From contig JAVCBU010000003.1 of the NCBI GenBank assembly GCA_037917685.1, forward strand, positions 192,001 through 256,000: a stretch of 64,000 bases of DNA, in the 5' to 3' direction. Positions 10,251 to 18,924 of the stretch are shown here, in pieces (the stretch's first letter is position 1; the number at the start of each line of letters is the position of its first letter). The notes beneath the pieces were generated by a model. That model made no database searches. It saw nothing but the letters and a program-made list of their open reading frames with translations, and was not told the DNA's origin. Source of the stretch: Thermoproteota archaeon. GTDB lineage: Archaea > Korarchaeota > Korarchaeia > Korarchaeales > JAOZGB01. The position numbers and the translations under genes are program-made.

Positions 10251-10272
10251 ATTTTGTGTTATTGCAAAATAT
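10251..10272. promoter_or_regulatory. palindromic operator, copy 1
   Basis: ATTTTGTGTTATTGCAAAAT directly upstream of a TATA-like TTTTTAT; core identical to the copy at 10593. Confidence 0.7.
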
Positions 10273-10309
10273 TTTTATCCCGAGAGAGGCATAATCTATA
10301 TGATCATAA

Positions 10310-10471
10310 ATGTGCAGGTGGAGGGGCTACAGAGGTTGGAGATGCTGGTATACGCCTTGGCTGTTTAAACCATGCTGGTTGCCTTTCTACATATCTCCTT
10401 CATATTACGTTTATCCAAGGCTCGGATATATATGGCCGCCCGGCTGGAGGTGGTTAGTGTGGAACTTATGA
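10310..10471 (+). CDS. 53-aa Trp/Tyr/Arg/Pro/Cys-rich small protein (absent from ORF track)
   Basis: MCRWRGYRGWRCWYTPWLFKPCWLPFYISPSYYVYPRLGYIWPPGWRWLVWNL; operator-to-ATG spacing matches that of the next gene. Confidence 0.5.
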   Translation: MCRWRGYRGWRCWYTPWLFKPCWLPFYISPSYYVYPRLGYIWPPGWRWLVWNL

Positions 10472-10591
10472 TTACACGGCTGTTCTATTGGTCTAATGTC
10501 ACCTATATAATCATCCTGCATCTGATAGCTTAATTAGAATTGTCTCCGGTCATATGATTTGCGGATTTCGGTGTGGATCAGCTCCAAATAT

Positions 10592-10613
10592 GTTTTGTGT
10601 TATTGCAAAATAT
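10592..10613. promoter_or_regulatory. palindromic operator, copy 2
   Basis: TTTTGTGTTATTGCAAAATATT upstream of the TATA box of the NifB/NifX gene. Confidence 0.7.
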
Positions 10614-10648
10614 TATATTTTCCCTATACCATCTGATATTGGAGGGAG

Positions 10649-10987
10649 ATGGTTAGGATAGCGGTGGCCTGTAAAGGCACCAAGGGTTTAAATGATAATG
10701 TCCACGAGACCTTTGCACATGCCCCCTACTTCCTCATTTTAGACATTAAAGATGGAGAAATTGTTAAGACGAAGACCATGGAAAACAGCTTCCTAAAGTA
10801 TGAGTATGGGGTCGGACCAGCTGTATCTATTAAGCTAGTGGAGATGGGTATCAACGTTGTCGTAGGCTCAGAATTCGGGCCAGGCGTTAAAAACATACTT
10901 CAGAAAGAGTCAATAACCATGGTCGAAGTAGAAGAGGGTACCACGGTCAAAGATGCCGTTAAGAAAGCTTTAAAACAGTTAATATAG
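10649..10987 (+). CDS. NifB/NifX family metallocluster-binding protein
   Basis: RIAVA, FAHAPYFLILD, EFGPG. Confidence 0.88.
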   Translation: MVRIAVACKGTKGLNDNVHETFAHAPYFLILDIKDGEIVKTKTMENSFLKYEYGVGPAVSIKLVEMGINVVVGSEFGPGVKNILQKESITMVEVEEGTTVKDAVKKALKQLI

Positions 10988-11078
10988 CTGTGTAGTCAGC
11001 AATCCCTAGCCAAGCCCGAAACCTATCCTCTCCGATTAAATTATTTTATTTTAAGTATCAATGTAGCATGATTTTACA

Positions 11079-13412
11079 TTGATACTTAAACGCTTTAGTA
11101 TGGCGGAGAGGAACCTTGCTCTTATGGTTCTCTCTGTCTCTTTTACACCTTTATCCACCATCGGCCTCCTAATGTTTAGAAGAAGTCGCAGTAGGCCTGG
11201 AAAAGCGTTATACCTCCTCATGTTTCTGGCAGGTCTGCCAATTGGTGTGTTCTGGTTTCTTAAAGTGGGTTGGATTCTCGGCCTGCCTACACTATATTGT
11301 TCAATTCTCATATCCTCGTACACGAGGAGAGAGCACGGAGCTGCCGCTGAAGCTGAGGTAGAGACTGGTTTAAGGAGGATAATGCTTCTTCCCTTTGACT
11401 ATTGCCTTAAAACAGCAAGTCTTGTTATGGACTATCCCCTGTCACTTGTCTGGTCAATGCTTACTTTTGGGTTTCTCTGGCCTGCCTCGAGCCTTGTCCT
11501 TCGAAGAAGCCGAAAACCCAGCTTAAAGGTAAGGATGGTATCATTCCTATCCTTCATTGGCATCGTACTGGGCCTCCCGGTTGGAATATTATGGTTCTTG
11601 AGGGTTGGCTGGCTGTTATCCCTGGCCACTTTACCTGTTTTCTCCTCAATCTCCTCTATTTGGAGATATAGGCGGTCACGCCCTCGCGTAGAATTAGAGA
11701 GAGTAGAAGCTCCTGCTAGACGTGAAGTCGAACTTAAGCTGGAAATCCCATCCTACCCTTGTAAAACCATATTCTATCTCCTTTTTAGCTTGCATATCTT
11801 GATTCTTACACTTGTTCAAATGGGGACTTCCGGTTTCCTGAATCCAGATAACGCTTATCACGTGTTAATAGGCAAGATGATAGGAGAGAGGGGGTATTTC
11901 CTTTGGGATTGGGTTCAGTTTGCCCCTGCTGGAAGACCTCACTTGTACCCTCCCCTCTTCCATACCATTATAGCAATTGTTGGGAGAGCATTAGGAGGAT
12001 CCCCGTGGGGATACATATATGGCAACCTGGTTGCTAGTCTTCTAATTCTGATACTTGGATTGTACTCGGCATGGTATGTTGGACGTAAGCTTTACGGAGA
12101 GGTCGGCGGACTGGTTCTCTTCATCCTCGTTTCAGGGATAGGCCTGTTGACATTGTCCATGGCTATAGGCCTCCCCTCAGCTCTTGTCTTTATACTAGCG
12201 CCTCTGTCAGCTCTCTGGATGCTTGAAGGTAAGGATTTCTACTCAATCTTGTCGGCTACAGCATCCATGTACAGCCATGTATCAGGATTAGCCATACCAA
12301 CCATAACCCTAATTGTAAGCGGGTTTCTGTCGGGTAGGCTCAGGAAGGCGTTGAAGATAGTGTTTCTTTCCCTAGCCGCCTATGCGCCTTGGCTTATAAG
12401 ACTAATCATATTCAGAGAGTGGTTTTCGGTTCCAGAGCATGACATACACATAGAGTGGAACTACTACCTTACCGCGCTTACCATACCTGGAGTGGCAATT
12501 TCGTTAAGAACTCCAAGAAGGTATCCCGTGCAGCTTGGCTATCTGTCATCATTGATACCCGTCTTCCTAACATATCCTGGTAGGGCCATACTTCAAGGAA
12601 GCTATGCCTACAGCCTGTTTGCCACACTAACAATCATAACATTGATTAAACTGCTCAAGAAACATAGAAAGAAGATACTGTCAACAATCTTACTTATAAC
12701 CTACCTGTTCCCCCTAGGAATCTCAACACCCGCCTTCGAAATATACCTGCTCACCCATCCTAAGACCCTTTCAAAGTCAGACTGGAGGGAGGCTGAGGTG
12801 GTAGCATTGGCACTTCAAAACATAACAAGGCAAGGGGAGGTGGTGCATTTTGAAAAGCCTTACTTCGGCTGTGCCGTTGCAGTATTCGCAAATATAAGGT
12901 TGGACTCAGGGGCGTGGGGCGAAGTTGCCCCGAAAAACACGGGCGCTATTATAGGTGAGAATGTCCTGACAATTGTAGCCAAACTCGACGTTGAAATTCC
13001 CCGTTTCTTTCAAGACTTCTTCGTTGCAAGCTATGCCTCCGGTGACTATTGGATAATAAGGTTAAACCCTGAAGGCTCTATAAACTTGTCAGAGGCGCTT
13101 CCCATGATCATCGATTCATGCAGAACCGCGGCCCAGCTGCTTAAATCAAACCATACCCTCGCAGTTGTAGAGCTTAAAAAGCTTGAATTAGCATTCGCAT
13201 CCCTTTCCCTATACTATGTAAAGAGAGATCCGAATCTTTCAAGGACACTTTCAGAGATATCTCAGGGGATATCATGGCTAATACTAATACTCACGGAAGA
13301 CTGGGCGGAGGACTTGAGAACCCCGGAGAAAATAGGAGAGTTCGCTACAATGTTAAACCAGCTCGCAGACAATGTCGAAGTTAGATATAGAGAGCTGCAG
13401 GTGAATCCATAG
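11079..13412 (+). CDS. GT-C/STT3-like polytopic membrane glycosyltransferase with duplicated N-terminal membrane repeat
   Basis: PDNAYH, WDW..FAPAGRPHLYPPLFH and many TMs; paralog of the 44.5-kb gene. Confidence 0.6.
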   Translation: MILKRFSMAERNLALMVLSVSFTPLSTIGLLMFRRSRSRPGKALYLLMFLAGLPIGVFWFLKVGWILGLPTLYCSILISSYTRREHGAAAEAEVETGLRRIMLLPFDYCLKTASLVMDYPLSLVWSMLTFGFLWPASSLVLRRSRKPSLKVRMVSFLSFIGIVLGLPVGILWFLRVGWLLSLATLPVFSSISSIWRYRRSRPRVELERVEAPARREVELKLEIPSYPCKTIFYLLFSLHILILTLVQMGTSGFLNPDNAYHVLIGKMIGERGYFLWDWVQFAPAGRPHLYPPLFHTIIAIVGRALGGSPWGYIYGNLVASLLILILGLYSAWYVGRKLYGEVGGLVLFILVSGIGLLTLSMAIGLPSALVFILAPLSALWMLEGKDFYSILSATASMYSHVSGLAIPTITLIVSGFLSGRLRKALKIVFLSLAAYAPWLIRLIIFREWFSVPEHDIHIEWNYYLTALTIPGVAISLRTPRRYPVQLGYLSSLIPVFLTYPGRAILQGSYAYSLFATLTIITLIKLLKKHRKKILSTILLITYLFPLGISTPAFEIYLLTHPKTLSKSDWREAEVVALALQNITRQGEVVHFEKPYFGCAVAVFANIRLDSGAWGEVAPKNTGAIIGENVLTIVAKLDVEIPRFFQDFFVASYASGDYWIIRLNPEGSINLSEALPMIIDSCRTAAQLLKSNHTLAVVELKKLELAFASLSLYYVKRDPNLSRTLSEISQGISWLILILTEDWAEDLRTPEKIGEFATMLNQLADNVEVRYRELQVNP

Positions 13413-13504
13413 TTAAATAGGGGCCTGCACCGTTTAAGATCTTCTATAGTTTCCATCCACATTTTAGTAGCCTTGAAGCCTCTTCTACGGCTAAGTCTAT
13501 GTTC

Positions 13505-13575
13505 CATTATCTTAGCTGTAACGAGCTGCACGGCGTCCTCAAAGTCTAAACCATATTTCCAACAGGTCTCCCCTA
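13505..13575 (-). pseudogene. fragment of PIN-domain (VapC) gene
   Basis: Minus strand reads GETCWKYGLDFEDAVQLVTAK, the typical VapC 'YGLDFEDA' segment; no start or N-terminus. Confidence 0.45.
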
Positions 13576-13764
13576 TTTGAGTGTTCGAGTGCTAAGCCCT
13601 TATCCTCTCATAATTTCCCTCTCGAATTGTACTGTTCTCGAGTTTAAACGTACTGCTGAGAGTTTGTGTAGCATTCCGCCCTAGCACTTAATATGCCAGC
13701 TGATTCGCCTTTTCGGTGATGTGACGATGTAAGGTCTACGATGGGTAAGTCTTCTCCTACGTGT

Positions 13765-14007
13765 TTAGGAGACTACAGGGATCTTCGCCTTTCTCAACAG
13801 TTTCCTGAACACGTCTATAGGCATCCCAGCTATCTTCGACGACAATCTTATGTCTCCGGTTTCCACGTAGTATTTTAGGGCTGCTCTGGCTTTTGGAGGC
13901 TGCTTTTCGATGAATTCCCAGTCAGCCTCCTCCCTCCTAATCCTCCTAGCCTCCTCCTCAAGCCTCACCCACCAATCAAGTTTCTTCTTATATTCTTCTG
14001 ATCGCAT
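13765..14007 (-). CDS. UPF0175-like small DNA-binding/antitoxin protein, copy B
   Basis: YYVETGDIRLSSKIAGM...LLRKAKIP; ATG at 14007 overlaps the end of the PIN gene. Confidence 0.75.
   Translation of the reverse strand: MRSEEYKKKLDWWVRLEEEARRIRREEADWEFIEKQPPKARAALKYYVETGDIRLSSKIAGMPIDVFRKLLRKAKIPVVS
13853..13979. repeat. 127-bp perfect direct repeat, copy 1
   Basis: Identical to 14604-14730 (offset 751). Confidence 0.93.
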
Positions 14008-14512
14008 CTTCAAACTCACCTCTTGGGAATCTGTGTCCTGTCTCCCTTTCATACTCATAGAATATTGCAGCTGGATCTTTAAATGCTACTAGCCTTCTCC
14101 TCAAAATCTCAGATATGATTTCCAGAGCCCTCCAGACTCTCACATGACTGTACTCTTCCAGTAGGCTTGCAGCCATTAGGGCACCCCTATTCTCGGTTAA
14201 CACCGTATATCCCCTCCTCCTACCAGCTGCAAGGCACATCGCTTCTGGCATGTCAACCCCCCTGATGAATGGGGTAAGCCTCGTCCTTTCCACTATAGAT
14301 CTTGCCTCTTCGATTATGTCTGGTGTCTCTGTGAAGAGTGAGAGACTCCCAGCAGCCATAGAGCTTGCTATCCATTCAATTACGTTCCCGCTTTCTACTT
14401 CCCTAAGAACCCTTTCAGGCACGAAGACGGTAGTAAATAGTTTTAGAAGGAGGTCTCTCCTCCTCCATGAGGACCAGTCGATTAGGAAGCATGTATCTGC
14501 TATCGCAAACAC
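13988..14512 (-). CDS. PIN-domain nuclease (DUF3368-like)
   Basis: IADTCFLIDW, VPERVLREV, DMPEAMCLA, VLTENRGA. Confidence 0.82.
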   Translation of the reverse strand: MFAIADTCFLIDWSSWRRRDLLLKLFTTVFVPERVLREVESGNVIEWIASSMAAGSLSLFTETPDIIEEARSIVERTRLTPFIRGVDMPEAMCLAAGRRRGYTVLTENRGALMAASLLEEYSHVRVWRALEIISEILRRRLVAFKDPAAIFYEYERETGHRFPRGEFEDAIRRI

Positions 14513-14515
14513 GTG

Positions 14516-14737
14516 TCACACCACATTTGGGATTTTAGCCCTCTTCCTTAAACTATTAAATCCTTCAACTGTAAGCCCTGAAATTCTCGCTGCCACGTAC
14601 AAATCTCCGGTTTCCACGTAGTATTTTAGGGCTGCTCTGGCTTTTGGAGGCTGCTTTTCGATGAATTCCCAGTCAGCCTCCTCCCTCCTAATCCTCCTAG
14701 CCTCCTCCTCAAGCCTCACCCACCAATCAATATCCAC
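14516..14737 (-). CDS. UPF0175-like small DNA-binding/antitoxin protein, copy A
   Basis: YYVETGDLYVAARISGL...LRKRAKIP; GAGGGG RBS upstream. Confidence 0.78.
   Translation of the reverse strand: MDIDWWVRLEEEARRIRREEADWEFIEKQPPKARAALKYYVETGDLYVAARISGLTVEGFNSLRKRAKIPNVV
14604..14730. repeat. 127-bp perfect direct repeat, copy 2
   Basis: Identical to 13853-13979. Confidence 0.93.
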
Positions 14738-14922
14738 TTCCCCTCAACAAAGTAACAATCTAAACTCGAATATAACGCTTAGCATAATATCGGTTTGGAG
14801 GACGGCCGCTGTAAACAGGGCGGGTATAGAAAGAAAATATTGTCCGTAGATTGTAGCCTCACTCGGCATCTACAGGTCTCCGCATTAGGGCTTGTGAGCT
14901 ATAATGACAAGTAAGACGTAAG

Positions 14923-14962
14923 ATTTTAGGCGTGTGATTTAAATTTTAGGCGTGCCTAGAAT
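14923..14962. promoter_or_regulatory. DtxR-like palindrome with upstream half duplicate
   Basis: ATTTTAGG-CGTG-CCTAGAAT at 14943-14962; ATTTTAGGCGTG repeated at 14923-14934. Confidence 0.4.
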
Positions 14963-14968
14963 CCATGC

Positions 14969-15865
14969 TTGGCTAAGACCATTGTAGTTCTAAGCGGGAA
15001 GGGTGGGGTTGGAAAGACTACAATATCCTCGTCTTTAGCCTACCTATACTCCAAGGATGGAGCTAGAATTGTAGCGGTTGACGCAGATGTGGATGCACCA
15101 GACCTAGAATACTTCCTTGGAAGCGGGAAAATAGTTAAGCAGGCCAGAATAGAAACCTCAGACAAGGCCCTTATAGACGAGTCCAAATGCATCGGCTGCG
15201 GCAAATGCGTCGAAGTCTGCATATATGGAGCTCTTACAATGCGTAAAGGCATGGCTAAAGTTGAGAGAATAATGTGTGAGGGTTGCGGAGCCTGCATGTA
15301 CGTCTGCCCTACAGACGCGATCATGCTTGAGAAACACAGGGGAGGCACGATAACAGTTAAAGAGACAAGGTACGGGTTTAAACTTGTAACAGGAAGAATA
15401 GGCCTCGGAGAACACAACTCTGGAAAAATGGTTTCCGTAGCAAGAACAGAAGCATACAAGATAGCTCAGGCTGAAGGCTCGGACATTATACTCGTAGATG
15501 GGGCTCCAGGCATCGGCTGCCCTGTAATAGCAAGTGTGACAGGCTCAGACTACGTGGTAGCAGTAGCAGAGCCTACAAAGCTCTCATATCAAGGCCTCAC
15601 CCGTCTCCTAGACGTGGTTGGACACTTTAAGATTAAGGCAGGCATCGTAATAAACAAATGTGACATTTCAGACGGGTGGACAACTAAAATAACAGGGTAT
15701 ACAATGTCGAGAGGATACCAGCTGCTCGGACAGATACCTTTAAGTCGGGAGGTCGTCGAGGCGATGTCTCATATGAGCCCTCCACCAGAGTACAAGCCGG
15801 GAAGCAGGGTCTCAGAGAGGATCACAAGCATATACAAGGAAATTAGGAGGGTGACTGAGGTTTGA
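14969..15865 (+). CDS. MinD-superfamily P-loop ATPase with inserted 2[4Fe-4S] ferredoxin (COG1149)
   Basis: SGKGGVGKTT, DADVDAPD, CIGCGKC..C, CEGCGAC..CP, DGAPGIGCP. Confidence 0.92.
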   Translation: MAKTIVVLSGKGGVGKTTISSSLAYLYSKDGARIVAVDADVDAPDLEYFLGSGKIVKQARIETSDKALIDESKCIGCGKCVEVCIYGALTMRKGMAKVERIMCEGCGACMYVCPTDAIMLEKHRGGTITVKETRYGFKLVTGRIGLGEHNSGKMVSVARTEAYKIAQAEGSDIILVDGAPGIGCPVIASVTGSDYVVAVAEPTKLSYQGLTRLLDVVGHFKIKAGIVINKCDISDGWTTKITGYTMSRGYQLLGQIPLSREVVEAMSHMSPPPEYKPGSRVSERITSIYKEIRRVTEV

Positions 15866-16725
15866 AAGTAGCGGTTACGGGCGGGAAGGGTGGAGTAGGG
15901 AAATCCACGATAGCATCAGCCCTAATAAGATACTGCTCAACAATGGGTAAAATCCTGGCTGCAGACCTCGATGTTGATAATCCATGCCTATCTTCAATGC
16001 TCGACATGCCCAGTCCCTACAAGGTTGAAGATGCAGAAACCTTTAAGCCTAAGGTGGTGGCTGCAAGGTGCATAGGCTGCCATAAATGTGTGGACGCCTG
16101 CCGGGAGCACGCGCTCTACGGCCTTGAGGGAGGGGTGCCCACCCTATTCGACCAGCTGTGCTCTGGATGCGGAGCCTGCAGGCTAGTATGCCCAGCAGCC
16201 GCCATTGAAGATGATAGCAAGATACTTGGCCAAATATCATGGTATAACAAGGGTAATATAACCCTTATAGAAGGAAGGATCAGGCCTGGGGAGGCTAGAT
16301 CCCCTATAGTTGCACGGCAGACCGCCCTAGCCGCCGACAGAGAATACTCTAAGGGAGTGTACGAGCACCTCGTCATCGACACTATGCCTGGTGTTGCAAA
16401 TCCGGTTGCCCAGGCCCTTTCAATCGCTGAAAAAGTCGTTGCAGTAACGGAGCCCACACTCCTAGGAATACACGATCTCATGTTAACAATGGAATTATCA
16501 GAATATCTTGGGAAAACAGTCGGAATAGTGATAAATAAGGCGGACATTTCAACCGAACACCTCAGCAAGCTCAGAAACATTTGTAAGGAGAAAGGAGTAG
16601 AAATAATAGTTGAGATCCCCTATAGTAGGGACATCCTGTTTACAAGCGTATCAAGAACACTAGGAAACGAACTTGAAACATACACTAGAAAAATCCTATC
16701 ATGGCTGAAATATGAAAACCCATAG
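15862..16725 (+). CDS. MinD-superfamily P-loop ATPase with inserted ferredoxin (second paralog)
   Basis: GGKGGVGKST, CIGCHKC, CSGCGAC..CP, VTEPT..GIHDL. Confidence 0.92.
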   Translation: MKVAVTGGKGGVGKSTIASALIRYCSTMGKILAADLDVDNPCLSSMLDMPSPYKVEDAETFKPKVVAARCIGCHKCVDACREHALYGLEGGVPTLFDQLCSGCGACRLVCPAAAIEDDSKILGQISWYNKGNITLIEGRIRPGEARSPIVARQTALAADREYSKGVYEHLVIDTMPGVANPVAQALSIAEKVVAVTEPTLLGIHDLMLTMELSEYLGKTVGIVINKADISTEHLSKLRNICKEKGVEIIVEIPYSRDILFTSVSRTLGNELETYTRKILSWLKYENP

Positions 16726-16911
16726 AATAGAAGGCTAAACACTAACAGGAAAGCTGATAGTACGGGTTCAACAACCCACAAAATACGGCTTTCAAATCTA
16801 AAATTTAAAATTTATTTGATTAGGTACTTTCTTAAAATATGTTTACATCTATTTACACATTACCTTTCCAGTGGTTTACGATTTAGTCGAATAGGGAACA
16901 TTTAAATAATT

Positions 16912-16929
16912 GTGTTACTTTTCGTAAAA
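16912..16929. promoter_or_regulatory. NikR-like half operator
   Basis: TGTTACTTTTCGTAAAA (16913-16929) is the exact reverse complement of 57392-57408. Confidence 0.55.
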
Positions 16930-17858
16930 TGATGCTACCATACATGGTTCGTGTCTGTCTAGCCCTAATGGTGTTAAGCCTACTCGTCCAGATCTCTGGC
17001 CAGGAGAAGCCACTAGTGGTGGTAACGTCGACGGTTCTCGGAAGCATAGTTGAAGATCTCGCAGGTGACCAGGTTGAGGTTCGTGTAATCTTAAACCCTG
17101 CATTATGCCCGGCACACCAAGATCTTAAACCGAGTGATGTCGAACTAGTCTCAAGGGCGAAGCTACTACTCTACCATGGCTTTGAACCGTTTGTAGATAG
17201 GCTGGTGGAGGCTGCCGGCAACAGAACAGTTGCCGTCAGGGTGGGAGGTCTATGGAACACGTTCGATGCGTTAAGGGGTAAGTACAGGAACATCTCCGAA
17301 ATCCTCTCCCAGCATCTCGGAATTGACGTGTCTAGCAGACTTGAAGAATGCCTACACGCCATAGATCGCGTGGAGGCTGAAGTAATGTCGAGTATAGGGG
17401 AGCTTGACCCGTCAAGGATAAATGTTATCGTCATGGCTTGGCAGGCGGACTTTGTTAAGAGCCTCGGCTTCAACGTGGTTGCGACTTATCCTCCTCCAGA
17501 GAGGATGTCTGCAGGGTACATATCTAACCTTGTCTCGGTGGGAACCAAGGAAAACGTCCAAATGGTTATAGATAACCTTCAGAGTGGAGTAGACGTTGGA
17601 AGGGAGATAGCTAACAAGATAGGCGCAGTACACGTGGTACTCACAAACTTCCCGGAGACATCTCCCGGAGTGGAAAATGTGACAATGATGCTCAGGTATA
17701 ATACGGAGTCTCTAAAGACGGCACTGCTTACGGCGGAGGTTAAGATAGAGCTTCAGAAAGCCCGGAGAAAAGCTGAAACCTACATGTACCTGAGCATAGG
17801 CCTCCTGGCCATAGTGATAGTTGAAAGCTTAATAATAGCTGTGAGGTCTAGGGGATGA
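16929..17858 (+). CDS. metal ABC transporter substrate-binding protein (ZnuA/TroA-like) with C-terminal TM anchor
   Basis: VVTSTVLGSIV..LAGD, CPAHQDLKPSD, YHGFEPF. Confidence 0.85.
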   Translation: MMLPYMVRVCLALMVLSLLVQISGQEKPLVVVTSTVLGSIVEDLAGDQVEVRVILNPALCPAHQDLKPSDVELVSRAKLLLYHGFEPFVDRLVEAAGNRTVAVRVGGLWNTFDALRGKYRNISEILSQHLGIDVSSRLEECLHAIDRVEAEVMSSIGELDPSRINVIVMAWQADFVKSLGFNVVATYPPPERMSAGYISNLVSVGTKENVQMVIDNLQSGVDVGREIANKIGAVHVVLTNFPETSPGVENVTMMLRYNTESLKTALLTAEVKIELQKARRKAETYMYLSIGLLAIVIVESLIIAVRSRG

Positions 17859-18250
17859 GGTATCTAAGCCTTAAAGATGCTGGAGCCTTCCATGGACACC
17901 TAGGGCCATACCTCACACTAGGTTACATGGCAGGTATGCTCGCTGTCTCGATTCTCAAGCCCAAGGACGAACTAAGCATGGAGGCTGTTGTTGAATGCCC
18001 TTGGAGAAGACCTTTTACATGCTTCGTTGACGGAGTCCAATGCTCAACAAAGTGCACCCTTGGCAAGGGAAATATCAAGCTTAAGGAGTCTGAAGGCCTT
18101 GCAGTCTCATTCACCGTTAGAGGAGGAGGTAAGCTTAAGATTAGAGTGAGGCATTCAATACTAGAAAAGCTGGCTGACTACCGGAAGATGGAGGATGCTG
18201 TCAGATGGATCCTAAGCACAAAACCAGAGGAAATATTCGAACTGTGCTAG
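17855..18250 (+). CDS. FmdE family protein
   Basis: FHGHLGPYLTLG, CFVDGVQCSTKCTLGKGN. Confidence 0.9.
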   Translation: MRYLSLKDAGAFHGHLGPYLTLGYMAGMLAVSILKPKDELSMEAVVECPWRRPFTCFVDGVQCSTKCTLGKGNIKLKESEGLAVSFTVRGGGKLKIRVRHSILEKLADYRKMEDAVRWILSTKPEEIFELC

Positions 18251-18924
18251 AATTTATCGATGTGTGGACAAGGTATAGGGGTGAGAAGAACCCTGCTCTC
18301 AAAGGAGTGACGCTCAAAGTAGGGTATGGAGAGTTCACCCTGATTACCGGGCCAAACGGCGCTGGAAAAACAACCCTAATAGAGACCGCTATAGGGCTTC
18401 TCAGGCATGAGAGGGGAACCGTCAGGCTTCTAGGGCTTCCTCCAACCAGCAGGGAAGCAAGGCTGAAGATAGGCTACCTCCCACAGGATTTTATGAAAAC
18501 CCCTTACGAGCCATACACAGCCAGGCAGGTTGTAGAGATGGCCTTCTCATCATATAGGAAGCCGCTCTCAACTTTAACACCGGAACAGTTAGAGGCTGTG
18601 GATAGAGCTATGAGCCTCGTGGGAGTCAGGGAGCTTGCCCATAAGAGTTTTGGAAAGCTCAGCGCCGGCCAGCAGCAGAAAATCTTAATAGCTAGAGTGC
18701 TGGCTAGAATGCCTAAAGTTCTATTCCTAGATGAGCCTTTCAGCAGCCTAGATCATAAATCAAGACTAAAAGTATCTACAATACTTTCAAAGCTTAACAG
18801 GGAAGGAGGAGTGACAATATTAATGGTTTCACATGATCTCTCAACGATTCCAGAAGCCTGCACAAGGATAGTTGAGATGCAAGAGGGAGAAATAGTAGGT
18901 GTCAAGAGATGCCGTGGACCCTAA
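18244..18924 (+). CDS. metal ABC transporter ATP-binding protein (ZnuC-like)
   Basis: GPNGAGKTT, IGYLPQ, LSAGQQQ, LDEP; GTG start at 18244 preferred over 18205. Confidence 0.9.
   Translation: MLEFIDVWTRYRGEKNPALKGVTLKVGYGEFTLITGPNGAGKTTLIETAIGLLRHERGTVRLLGLPPTSREARLKIGYLPQDFMKTPYEPYTARQVVEMAFSSYRKPLSTLTPEQLEAVDRAMSLVGVRELAHKSFGKLSAGQQQKILIARVLARMPKVLFLDEPFSSLDHKSRLKVSTILSKLNREGGVTILMVSHDLSTIPEACTRIVEMQEGEIVGVKRCRGP

Noticed and set aside
10254-10457. 67-aa ORF-track call overlapping the operator
   Set aside because: It starts inside the operator/TATA region; the 10310-10471 frame fits the promoter spacing better
17855-18250. Formylmethanofuran dehydrogenase or methanogenesis inferred from FmdE
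   Set aside because: No fmd/fwd catalytic subunits; FmdE sits inside a metal-uptake operon
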